A DNA stretch of 64,000 bases from Bacteroidales bacterium (GTDB taxonomy: Bacteria; Bacteroidota; Bacteroidia; Bacteroidales; UBA10428). The notes below the pieces were generated by a model, which was given only the letters and a program-made list of their open reading frames with translations, searched no databases and was not told the origin of the DNA. Of the stretch, positions 30,343 to 39,874 are shown one piece after another. Position numbers and translations under genes: made by a program. The first letter of the stretch is position 1. Every line of letters starts with the position of its first letter. Location of the stretch: NCBI GenBank assembly GCA_050295515.1, contig JBNKPU010000078.1, positions 27,867-91,866 on the forward strand, written 5' to 3'.

Positions 30343-32766
30343 ATGGGGAAGAACACAAAAGCGAAAACTAAAACAAAGAAGAAAGCCAAAGCAAAAAAGC
30401 CTTTTTATCAAGATGAGAGGTTTAAAATCCTAATTGGCCTTGTTTTTCTGGCTTCAGCCTTTATAATTTTTCTTTCAATTCTATCCTACATTTTTACATG
30501 GAAAGGTGACCAGACAATGGATTGGTCGCCAGAATTGAGCAACACTGCGGTTGAGGCAAATAACTGGGCAGGTAAATTGGGTGCGAACATTGCCAGAAAA
30601 GTGGTAAATGACTGGTTTGGGCTCGCATCAATATCCATTCCATTTATTTTTACCTTATTAGGATTTCGACTGCTAAAAGTCAGACTGCTTCCTCTCCGAA
30701 AATCATTGTTGATAAGCATTTTTGCCACGATAGTAAGTTCTGCCTGGCTGGGCCTTTTTTCTTTAAACACCCCTCTGTTGGGTAGTGGACTGGGTGGCAA
30801 ACATGGGTACTTTGTCAGCATGTACCTAAAGACTTTGTTAGGGACCATCGGAACCAGCCTTCTTTTAATTATCGCAAGTTTTGGCATACTCATATTTGCA
30901 ATACCAGGTTTCACAAATGTATTAAAAGATGCTATTAAAGGCCGCAAGATCCAAAGACGGTTCTCTGTTAAAGAAGAGAAACCTGAAAATGAAATAGATG
31001 AAGAGCAGGATAAGGAGCCTAAAAATATCGAAGAAGACTCCGATTTAGTTTTTGAAACAGAATTTCCTCAACAGGAGGTGCAAAGCAGTGACCCAAAACC
31101 CGTTTTAAATGACATGGAAGTCATTATGCCCAACACAAATTCTGATAATCAAACAAACCAAGAAACCAAGAAGGAAGAAAGTGAAGAAGAATTAGAGCTA
31201 ATGGTTGACAAAAAGGACAAAGAAGAGGAAATGGACGGCGATCATCACCAAATGCCGCTTGAAGATTATGACCCTACACTCGATTTAGCTGAATTCGAAT
31301 TACCTCCAATCGACCTTCTAGAGAAACATGACAGTTCAAACGGAAATGTCACCAATGAGGAATTGATAAGCAATAAAAACAAGATTGTTGAGACCCTTGG
31401 GCACTATAAAATAAAAATCGATAAGATCAAAGCCACAATTGGACCAACTGTAACCTTATACGAGATTGTTCCTGCTCCAGGTGTAAGAATCTCCAAAATC
31501 AAAAACCTTGAAGATGATATTGCATTAAACCTATCGGCCCTTGGTATAAGGATAATTGCCCCAATACCCGGTAAAGGTACAATCGGGATAGAAGTACCAA
31601 ACCAACAACCCGATACCGTTTCGATGAGGTCGCTTATCACTTCACGAAAATTCCAGGAATCAAAGTTTGAGCTTGCCATTGCCCTGGGTAAAACAATATC
31701 TAACGAAACTTACGTGTTCGACCTGGCAAAAATGCCCCATTTGCTGGTTGCAGGTGCCACAGGTCAGGGTAAATCTGTAGGATTAAATGTTATTCTTGCT
31801 TCTCTCCTATACAGGAAACATCCTAGTCAGTTAAAATTTGTGCTTATAGATCCCAAAAAGGTTGAACTCACATTATTCCAGAAAATAGAGAAACATTACC
31901 TGGCAAAAATTCCTGACGCTGATGAATCTATTATCACAGACACACAAAAAGTGATCAACACTTTAAACTCCCTCTGTATAGAAATGGATGATAGGTACAA
32001 CTTGCTTAAAACAGCCCAGGTTCGAAATATTAAGGAATATAATCATAAGTTTATCAAACGAAACCTTAATCCGGAAAAGGGTCACCGCTATTTGCCTTAC
32101 ATAGTAGTTGTTATTGATGAGTTTGCCGACTTGATCATGACTGCAGGAAGGGAAGTAGAAACGCCATTGGCCAGATTGGCTCAGCTTGCCAGAGCTATCG
32201 GAATCCATCTGGTTATAGCTACTCAAAGGCCTACAACAAATATTATTACAGGTGTTATTAAAGCAAACTTTCCGGCCAGGATAGCATTCAGGGTCACCTC
32301 AATGATTGATTCAAGGACCATACTTGACAGCCCTGGAGCAAACCAGCTTATAGGCCGTGGTGACTTATTGTTTGCACCAGGAAGCGACCTTGTTCGGTTA
32401 CAGTGTGCATTTATTGACATACCTGAACTCGAACGGATCAATAATTTTATTGGTAACCAGCGCTCCTACCCTACTCCATTTTATTTGCCAGAATATTTGG
32501 ATGATAGCAGTGACAGCTCCCTGGATATTGACCTTTCCAAAAAAGATACCCTCTTTAATGATGCTGCACGTTTGGTTATTGCCCATCAACAAGGATCGAC
32601 ATCGCTGATCCAAAGAAAGTTTTCTATTGGTTACAATAGAGCTGGCAGAATTGTTGATCAGCTTGAAGCTGCTGGCATTGTTGGCCCCTTTGAAGGAAGC
32701 AAAGCCCGTCAGGTATTATTCCCTGATGAATATTCTTTGGAACAATATTTGAACAGTCTTGAATAA
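30343..32766 (+). CDS. ftsK: DNA translocase FtsK
   Basis: N-terminal TMs, PHLLVAGATGQGKS, IDEFADL, ATQRP, gamma domain IGYNRAGR; ATG at 30343 preferred. Confidence 0.96.
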   Translation: MGKNTKAKTKTKKKAKAKKPFYQDERFKILIGLVFLASAFIIFLSILSYIFTWKGDQTMDWSPELSNTAVEANNWAGKLGANIARKVVNDWFGLASISIPFIFTLLGFRLLKVRLLPLRKSLLISIFATIVSSAWLGLFSLNTPLLGSGLGGKHGYFVSMYLKTLLGTIGTSLLLIIASFGILIFAIPGFTNVLKDAIKGRKIQRRFSVKEEKPENEIDEEQDKEPKNIEEDSDLVFETEFPQQEVQSSDPKPVLNDMEVIMPNTNSDNQTNQETKKEESEEELELMVDKKDKEEEMDGDHHQMPLEDYDPTLDLAEFELPPIDLLEKHDSSNGNVTNEELISNKNKIVETLGHYKIKIDKIKATIGPTVTLYEIVPAPGVRISKIKNLEDDIALNLSALGIRIIAPIPGKGTIGIEVPNQQPDTVSMRSLITSRKFQESKFELAIALGKTISNETYVFDLAKMPHLLVAGATGQGKSVGLNVILASLLYRKHPSQLKFVLIDPKKVELTLFQKIEKHYLAKIPDADESIITDTQKVINTLNSLCIEMDDRYNLLKTAQVRNIKEYNHKFIKRNLNPEKGHRYLPYIVVVIDEFADLIMTAGREVETPLARLAQLARAIGIHLVIATQRPTTNIITGVIKANFPARIAFRVTSMIDSRTILDSPGANQLIGRGDLLFAPGSDLVRLQCAFIDIPELERINNFIGNQRSYPTPFYLPEYLDDSSDSSLDIDLSKKDTLFNDAARLVIAHQQGSTSLIQRKFSIGYNRAGRIVDQLEAAGIVGPFEGSKARQVLFPDEYSLEQYLNSLE

Positions 32767-32777
32767 AACATGATAAT

Positions 32778-33440
32778 ATGAAAAAGTATAGCCTCATCAT
32801 AATTGCCATTATACTGACAACCTCACCTGTTTTCAACCAGGAATTTGTACAGGATTCTGCTGCTAAAGTTATTTTAGATAAGGTATCATCACAGTTGTCT
32901 TCTTACAGTTCGATCATTGCAGATTTTGAGTTATTGATCGATAACAGAATGGATGACCTGCACTCAAAAAGCAAAGGAAACATACAGATTAAAGGCAACA
33001 AGTATTATATGAAATCCTTGGGCACCGAGGTTTATTTCAACGGCAAGACAATGTGGAGCTATATGTCTGATATCAATGAAGTAACAATTACAGACCCTAG
33101 CGCCGAGGAAGGTGACTTTGTCGACAATCCGGCACTGATTTTTTCATTCTATAACAGGGATTTTAAATACCGCCTGGTTGGTGAAGTAAAGGTGGAAAAA
33201 AACTGGATGTATGAAATAGATTTATACCCCAAGGACTTAAACCAACCATATTCAAGGTTTAAATTGTATGTTGATAAATCAACTTACAGCATATATATGG
33301 TAAAGGCAATTAGTAAAGATGCCATAGATTATACCATTTATATATTAAACACCAGATACAACACAAAAATCAACGATTCCTTGTTTGATTTTAACTCAGA
33401 AAACTTTCCCGATATAGAGGTAATCGACATGCGGTTCTAA
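32778..33440 (+). CDS. lolA: Outer-membrane lipoprotein carrier LolA family
   Basis: Follows ftsK; FNGKTMWSY...NEVTI...NPA; C-terminal IEVIDMR. Confidence 0.85.
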   Translation: MKKYSLIIIAIILTTSPVFNQEFVQDSAAKVILDKVSSQLSSYSSIIADFELLIDNRMDDLHSKSKGNIQIKGNKYYMKSLGTEVYFNGKTMWSYMSDINEVTITDPSAEEGDFVDNPALIFSFYNRDFKYRLVGEVKVEKNWMYEIDLYPKDLNQPYSRFKLYVDKSTYSIYMVKAISKDAIDYTIYILNTRYNTKINDSLFDFNSENFPDIEVIDMRF

Positions 33441-33445
33441 AGACC

Positions 33446-35620
33446 CTATTTTGGATATGATATCCTTGCATGATAAATGGTATTTAAGCGTGTTTTAAAC
33501 ACTTCTTTTACCTTTTTAATATCCTTAAACGTAATATCGGCATCTTCAAACTGTCCTTCGTCGATTTGAGCGTTAATCAACCTTTCCACTAATTCGCTTA
33601 TCGACTCTTTGGTGTAGTTTTCCAGACTTCTCGAAGCCGCCTCTACTGTATCGGCCATCATAAGCACTGCAGTTTCTTTTGACATTGGCCGTGGACCAGG
33701 GTATTGAAAATCTGATTTATCAACCTCCTGATCTGGATGTTGATTTTGATAGGTTTTGTAAAAATACTTTGCTGTTGAGGTACCATGATGCGTAAGGATA
33801 AAATCGACAATAACATCGGGCAAATTATGCTTTTTAGCAAGTTCTTTGCCCTTATGAACATGATCGATAATAATTTTCGCACTCTCCTTTAAGTCTTTAT
33901 TGGAATGAGGGTTTGGACCACCGCCCTGGTTTTCGGTAAAATAAGAGGCATCAATCATTTTTCCGATATCATGGTACAAGGCACCAGTACGCATTAACAT
34001 AGGGTTTCCACCAATATGCCTGATAGCTTCTTCGCAAAGGTTTGCAACCTGCAATGAATGCTGAAACGTCGCTGGAGCACTTTCTGCAAGTTTTCGCAAC
34101 AAGAGTTGATTTGTGTCAGATAGTTCCATTAATGTTGTATCAGACAAGAATCCAAAAGTCTTCTCAAAAATAAATATCAACAAAAACGAAAGCATTACAA
34201 GCACGCCGTTTAATGCAAAATTACCATATGTAACCAACCTCAACTGAGATAGCGTACCGTCCTGAATTACAAGCATTGCTGTATAAGTAACTGAATAGGA
34301 CAAAAACACAAACAAGGCTGCCAGAAAAAACCTTGAACGGTGATAGAGATTTGTAAGACTAAATATGGCAACCATACCGGCAATAATATTTAGAAAAACA
34401 AACTCAAACCTACTATCAGCAAAAAAGGCAGCAAGAAGAATTGTAAGCAAATGAACAAACAGGGCTACCCTGTCGTCGTAAAAGGTCCTGATGATAATAG
34501 GTAAAATTGCAAAAGGCACAACATAATAGGTAATTGTGTCTGGTGTATACGTTTTGGTTGATGATATCCATTTACTGATCATCATACCAATGAAGATCAT
34601 GATGAGCATCATAAAGAGCACAAAAATAGTTTTCGGTAGGCTTTGCAAGACCTCCTTTCTGAAATTGTAAAAGAAGAGGTATAACACAAAAAAAACAAAA
34701 GCAGCCAACAAACACCTTCCTCCCCAGGCTAACCAGGAATTTACATTGCCAAACTGAGCAGAATAATCCCTTTTGTATGATTCAAGGATTTGAAATGTCT
34801 CATGCGTAACAATTACCCCTCTTGCAATAATCAGTTCTCCTTCCTGGATTATACCTTTCGTTAGGGATATACTCTTCTCTGACTCACCAGTTTCCATCCT
34901 TGTCTTTTCTGCATTAAAAATTACATTCTCAGACAAATAAGTATTTATGTCTAACTGGTTAAAGAATTCGGAATATCGCTTTAACTGGTGATTTTTTTCT
35001 TCTTTAAGTTTATTATCAATCTCCGTTCGAATATATTGGTAGGCAGATTTGATAGTATACATCGAAGCATAGGATTTATCCTTGGCAACGTTTCCCTTTA
35101 ATAGCTTAATATCCGAAACGTCTTGCATATTATACTCAGAAGGAAGTGGGTCAAGTACTATTCCTTTTATGTAAACAGATTCAATTAAACTAAATATTGA
35201 TTTGAAATAATCCTCTTGTAAATTTCTTAGAGGCAAATACCTCGATTTTTTAAAATACGCCGAATCCTCATTGTTTATATTGAATTCATTGATTGAAAAA
35301 GTAACCCACCTTGAATTAAAATCTTCCTTGAATGCATTAAGACTCTCTCCCATGACAAAAGGCTCCATTGTAAAATAGGGCTGTATTTTAGTTAACAGAG
35401 AATCCTTTTCTGCCTGGAGCTCAGCATCGGTTTTGTATATTGAAAAACTAAATTTAGCTGTAAGGTTTTCATATTTCCATGGACTTCCGATGCTGTAATC
35501 CAAATCGAATTTACGTTCACGAGGAAGCATATATACAACTAAAAGAATGGAAATAAGGAATAAAATTAAAGTAACAACCTGTTTAAGGTAGTTTCCTATT
35601 GATCTTAATATCTTAAACAT
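33446..35620 (-). CDS. 7TM-HD phosphohydrolase (PgpH-like cyclic-di-AMP phosphodiesterase family)
   Basis: Extracytoplasmic domain, 7 TM segments, HSLQVA, YHDIGK, HHGT, ADTVEA. Confidence 0.88.
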   Translation of the reverse strand: MFKILRSIGNYLKQVVTLILFLISILLVVYMLPRERKFDLDYSIGSPWKYENLTAKFSFSIYKTDAELQAEKDSLLTKIQPYFTMEPFVMGESLNAFKEDFNSRWVTFSINEFNINNEDSAYFKKSRYLPLRNLQEDYFKSIFSLIESVYIKGIVLDPLPSEYNMQDVSDIKLLKGNVAKDKSYASMYTIKSAYQYIRTEIDNKLKEEKNHQLKRYSEFFNQLDINTYLSENVIFNAEKTRMETGESEKSISLTKGIIQEGELIIARGVIVTHETFQILESYKRDYSAQFGNVNSWLAWGGRCLLAAFVFFVLYLFFYNFRKEVLQSLPKTIFVLFMMLIMIFIGMMISKWISSTKTYTPDTITYYVVPFAILPIIIRTFYDDRVALFVHLLTILLAAFFADSRFEFVFLNIIAGMVAIFSLTNLYHRSRFFLAALFVFLSYSVTYTAMLVIQDGTLSQLRLVTYGNFALNGVLVMLSFLLIFIFEKTFGFLSDTTLMELSDTNQLLLRKLAESAPATFQHSLQVANLCEEAIRHIGGNPMLMRTGALYHDIGKMIDASYFTENQGGGPNPHSNKDLKESAKIIIDHVHKGKELAKKHNLPDVIVDFILTHHGTSTAKYFYKTYQNQHPDQEVDKSDFQYPGPRPMSKETAVLMMADTVEAASRSLENYTKESISELVERLINAQIDEGQFEDADITFKDIKKVKEVFKTRLNTIYHARISYPK

Positions 35621-35750
35621 ATTTAACCGATGTTAAGGTTCTAAAATACCAAAAAATATTCAGTTTTATGTTAATTCTTAATAAAACCACTAGAAAGATT
35701 AGCCAATGACCAGAATATGTTTTTAATTTTATTTTGTGATTTAAAGGAGC

Positions 35751-36491
35751 ATGGAAAAAATATCAAGCAATATTATATACATTCCCATAAGAGCGGAAGC
35801 AAAACATAGCTCTGAACAGGTGAGCCAGCTATTGTTTGGCGAGACTGCTGAAGTTCTGGAAGAAACTGCTGAATGGTTTCGCATAAAGACTAATTTTGAC
35901 AATTACATCGGCTGGGTAGAAAAAAAAGTTTGTGTAACTGTAAAGGATTCAAATCTTAAAAAACAAATCTGCACCTCCCTATATTCTGAGGAATTAGGGC
36001 AAAACAAGATGATTATTCCCCATGGTGGTGAGCTTTATTTTAGTAATGATAAATTTCAGACAGCAGATCATTTGCCCCTAAAGATGACGGACTTAAATTT
36101 AGTCGCAACCAAAACACTTGACCATTACATAAACGATTTTATGGGCACACCTTATCTTTGGGGTGGGAGAACTGTTTTTGGCATAGACTGTTCGGGACTT
36201 ACACAGGTTATTATGAAGTGTCTTGGTATTAAACTTCCCAGAGATGCATCTCAACAAGTAAATAGTGGAATGAAGGTACAGTCGATAGAAAAATCAAGAA
36301 AAGGAGATTTGGCTTTCTTTACTAATCCGGAAGGAAAGGTAACGCATGTCGGTATAATATTGGAACAAGGAAAAATATTTCATTCTTCTGGTTTTGTGCG
36401 CATCGACAAAATAGACCAGCAAGGTATTTTCAATGAATCCTTAAAGCAGTATACCCACTCGCTTCAAGAAATCAGACGGGTAACAGATTAA
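35751..36491 (+). CDS. SH3 + NlpC/P60 (C40) peptidase
   Basis: SEQVSQLLFGE SH3; PYLWGG, DCSG, HVGI. Confidence 0.92.
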   Translation: MEKISSNIIYIPIRAEAKHSSEQVSQLLFGETAEVLEETAEWFRIKTNFDNYIGWVEKKVCVTVKDSNLKKQICTSLYSEELGQNKMIIPHGGELYFSNDKFQTADHLPLKMTDLNLVATKTLDHYINDFMGTPYLWGGRTVFGIDCSGLTQVIMKCLGIKLPRDASQQVNSGMKVQSIEKSRKGDLAFFTNPEGKVTHVGIILEQGKIFHSSGFVRIDKIDQQGIFNESLKQYTHSLQEIRRVTD

Positions 36492-36717
36492 TTGTTTTGG
36501 TGTTCTTCTTATGTAGAACTTACGTAAAAAAAGCTATAGTTATTTAATTCGTGAACCTATATCATTGCTGCAAGCAAATAACTGCTGCTGCACCCTTCTC
36601 CAGCAAGGAGAAGAAGATGAGGATGACGGATGGGGTGAATATTGGCAAATTGCCGCATACTTCCACCTGTATCTTTTCAACATAGACAAATGCGGCGGAG
36701 ATTATTCAATTCATTTT

Positions 36718-36763
36718 ACCCAGGACGTTGCCCTGGGCTAAATTGATGCAAGCCCTACAGGCT
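36718..36763. repeat. REP-like palindrome
   Basis: acccaggacgttgccctgggct...gccctacaggct; GC-rich imperfect hairpin in AT-rich DNA. Confidence 0.55.
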
Positions 36764-36888
36764 TAGATTTAGGAAAAATAACAAACCTGTAAAATAGCAA
36801 TATACTATCTCAGAGCCACCAAGTAGAGGTAAACAACCATTCAAAGCTCTGCTACCAGCAAACAACAGCTTTACTGTCCTTCTCCAGC

Positions 36889-37186
36889 ATCTCAAGTCGA
36901 AGCTCAGCGAAGGTTTGATGGAGAAGGATAAGAGGGTGAGGCGGAATCGTAGCAAATGCTAGCAGTATAAAAGAGCCTAAGAAAACCTACACTCAGTGCT
37001 TTGTTCATGACCAGAATTTGTTATTTGGCTATCCTATGCTCAGTTGGAGCTAGCTTCAAAATACTGACCCTCCTGATTAAATGCTCCATCGCTTCCCTTT
37101 AAGGGGAAGCTGTCCTTTTCCGAGCGCAGGGAGGAATTGGACTGATGGGGTAAAACCATAGCAAATGCTTCAAAAATAAAAGAGCC
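36889..37186 (+). repeat. 298-bp direct repeat, copy 1
   Basis: Near-identical to 39377-39674; about 6 mismatches counted by eye. Confidence 0.92.
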
Positions 37187-37263
37187 AGGTTATTGAAACT
37201 ACTCTCCCATTCTTCGCAGAGAAATGATGATTTAGATTATTATTTTACTCTGAGCAAATAATA

Positions 37264-37363
37264 GTTGTCTGTAGCTGAAAGTTACAGACTTAGTTTATTA
37301 TTTCAATCTATCATCAATATGTGCTATTAAAAAAGAAGTCCGTTGCTACAAGCAACGGACAAC
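37264..37363. repeat. REPIN-like inverted doublet (gttgtcYgtag...acggacaac)
   Basis: Hairpins at 37264-37291 and 37336-37363; same family recurs at 53677-54121. Confidence 0.65.
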
Positions 37364-37495
37364 TGAGTTGTTGCATTTTAGACACAAAAAAAGCCCTGCA
37401 TTCCTGCAAGGCTTCCTTTTATCTAAAGTCAAAGACTTTTTTATCATTCATCGCTAGCGGTCACAACCGAGGACGCAGGACGAGCTCAGCGCCAG

Positions 37496-38128
37496 CTAAA
37501 CCCCGAGCTGCGGGAGGGGGTGTGATAGCTTTTTAAAAATCATGTTGTATAACGCTTTCCTAAATAAATATCCGATAGTATAAAAGAACAATAAAATATA
37601 AGGAATGATTAATAATAATGATTGTACGCCAATATTGTTTAAAACTACAGATAATACAATAAATGCAACTATTGTGAAACCGATTTTCCAATATAAACTT
37701 GACAAAGAAACGGTTAGCTCATCTAAAGAATATCTTATTTGTTGCACAAAATGCTCTCTATTTTCAAAGTATTCTTTATACTTATACAATATAGTAAGTG
37801 ACTTAAAATTCAAGCTAAGTTTCTGATAAATTTCAACTTGAAGCAACAAAAACATATACAAATCATCCTTTAAATCATTATTTAACCTATTAGCATGAAT
37901 ATCCTCCTTTAAATAACTTAATTTACAGTTAACTAAATCCAAAGCAATATGCAATTCATTATTCTCAATGTAACTAACTGCTAATAATTCCGCTAAACTA
38001 GTCTCTTTAATATAGTTAATCTTATACTTATTGACTTCCCATAAAGTAATTACTTCATGGTAAGATTTGTTAAGATAATATGCTTCTAAATTATTATATA
38101 ATTCTTCCTTATCTTTAATTATACTCAT
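37496..38128 (-). CDS. Putative immunity protein (helical/TPR-like N-terminus, two C-terminal TMs)
   Basis: Very AT-rich ORF directly downstream of, and overlapping, an Rhs C-terminal pseudogene. Confidence 0.6.
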   Translation of the reverse strand: MSIIKDKEELYNNLEAYYLNKSYHEVITLWEVNKYKINYIKETSLAELLAVSYIENNELHIALDLVNCKLSYLKEDIHANRLNNDLKDDLYMFLLLQVEIYQKLSLNFKSLTILYKYKEYFENREHFVQQIRYSLDELTVSLSSLYWKIGFTIVAFIVLSVVLNNIGVQSLLLIIPYILLFFYTIGYLFRKALYNMIFKKLSHPLPQLGV

Positions 38129-38824
38129 ATGTTGAAGGTTGAGTGTTATCAGATGGTTGTATTTGACTCTCTGTATCTATTTTTTCTGAGTCTTCATCTT
38201 TTCTATCTTCACTATTAGTATCAGATTCAGATGTGCTTTTATCATCAGTAGAATTATTTTTATCAGTTGATTGATCATCTTAGTTAGCATTTGGCAATAA
38301 CCATGGTGTGGACCATTTTGGGTTATTGGTTTTTTTCATATTATTATATAATTGAAATGATGAAATTGAGACTCCTAATGCAACAGCACTTTTTGAATAC
38401 TTATTATGTTTAAAGTTTTTTTGTTTGTTTTTTTGTTTGTTTGATTTGTTTTAACCGATTGGCTATATGATCTTGATTTGGTTGCACTTCTTACCTTGTT
38501 TTTAGCAAAGAGGTCTATAATGGGAATTGTTAATTTGATAAACATTTCCATACTACTTGGAAGAGAATAGTATAAAGAACCGTTATTAGATTTTGAAACA
38601 ATGAGACCTGTTGCTACAATTCCTGTTGAAAATAAAGCAGCATCAACAGCCACAACTATAGCTAATGCAGGTAAAACTGGATTCTCCCCGTTTTTATCAA
38701 TGTAAAGAATTAGATTGTTCGCTGCATAAGCAAAAAGCGTCTGGAAACTGTAGGTCTCGGCTTTAGGGTCAATGGAATAAAATCTACCTAAAGCCGCATC
38801 GTACATCCTTGCCCCGTAATCATA
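38117..38824 (-). pseudogene. Degraded orphan Rhs C-terminal toxin fragment
   Basis: [20 protein letters not shown]...YAANN...IDKNG core end, preceded by TGA in place of the conserved Trp; frame breaks near 38375-38460; acidic tail with an internal stop continues into the immunity gene start. Confidence 0.75.
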
Positions 38825-38887
38825 TCAACCTACTTCTAAAAATCACCTTCTTTTACAGCTTCCTGCTTACCGGAACAAACAGTTAAA

Positions 38888-38913
38888 TTCAAAGAACATA
38901 CTACCCAAAAATA
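38888..38913 (-). promoter_or_regulatory. -7 promoter element plus boxA-like motif ahead of the orphan Rhs cassette
   Basis: TATTTTTG (38906-38913) followed by GTTCTTTGAA (38888-38897) on the minus strand. Confidence 0.4.
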
Positions 38914-39247
38914 CACTTTAATTTTCATTTAAAAGAAAAAACTATCTTTTGGATATTGATTTCGAAAATTCTTTCCTCGCTTTATTTGGATAATGAATTA
39001 TGGTTCTTGCCTGCATCATTTCTATTTGCAATGATTTTACTTAAAAAAAACTCGGTAATATTAAGAGTGGCGTCATATTTCATATTTCCTACAATAAAAA
39101 AAACTTTAGTTAAATTTCTGTCGACATTTGACGTCATTTTGACTAAAAAGGATGGATTTTAAGCCTCACTGTCGACACTAGGTTTTCTCCACGTAACCAC
39201 CAACCCTTTCATATCGTAAATGTTTAGCAAACTAAGCTCAGTTAGGC

Positions 39248-39340
39248 GAACAGCTCGACGAAAAGGACAAGAACACGATCAAGGACATTATCGATGCATT
39301 TATCAAGCGCAGCAAACTGAACCAGATTGCTGCACTATGG
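39248..39340 (+). pseudogene. 3' remnant of an XRE-family HTH regulator gene
   Basis: EQLDEKDKNTIKDIIDAFIKRSKLNQIAAL resembles the C-terminal helices of XRE proteins; second copy of NQIAAL* at 39747-39767. Confidence 0.55.
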
Positions 39341-39376
39341 GGCATAAAAAAAACGCATTCCTGCAAGACTTCCTTT

Positions 39377-39674
39377 ATCTCAAGTCGAAGCTCAGCGAAG
39401 GTTTGATGGAGAAGGATAAGAGGGTGAGGCGGAATCGTAGCAAATGCTAGCAGTATAAAAGAGCCTAAGAAAACCTTCACTCAGTGCTTTGTTCATGACC
39501 AGTATTTGTTATTTGGCTATCCTATGCTCAGTTGGAGCTAGCTTCAAAATACTGACCCTCCTGATTAAATGCTCCATCGCTACCCTTTAAGGGGAAGCTG
39601 TCCTTTTCCGAGCGCATGGAGGAATTGGACTGAAGGGGTAAAACCATAGCAAATGCTACAAAAATAAAAGAGCC
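39377..39674 (+). repeat. 298-bp direct repeat, copy 2
   Basis: Near-identical to 36889-37186. Confidence 0.92.
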
Positions 39675-39772
39675 TAGGAAAATCTACACTCAGCGCTTCA
39701 ATTTTGCTTTTGTGCTAGTTATTTGGTAAACTACGCTTAGTTGGGGAACCAGATTGCCGCACTGTAGGGCAT

Positions 39773-39807
39773 AAAAAAAGCCCGGATCTCTCCAGGCTTT
39801 ATTTTTT
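39773..39807. terminator. Bidirectional terminator-like hairpin
   Basis: A7-gcccgga...tccaggc-T-rich; lies between the convergent XRE remnant and the immunity gene. Confidence 0.6.
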
Positions 39808-39874
39808 CACAAGTTATATGCTCATTCTTCTTTGTTGGATGCGGGTTGCAAACCCACATCAGTGGGGGGAATCA

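Noticed and set aside
38415-38452. (ttgt)n tract as a phase-variation switch
   Set aside because: The tract is imperfect and the gene has other stop codons, so slippage alone could not restore it
36755-39480. Short ORFs 36755-36955, 37321-37536, 38956-39162, 39220-39450 and 39238-39480
   Set aside because: They run through repeats, palindromes or low-complexity DNA and have no protein-like features; the meaningful frame at 39248-39340 is a different one
36889-39674. 298-bp repeat pair as a DGR template/variable repeat
   Set aside because: Mismatches are not confined to adenines of one copy, neither copy is in a credible CDS, and no reverse transcriptase is present
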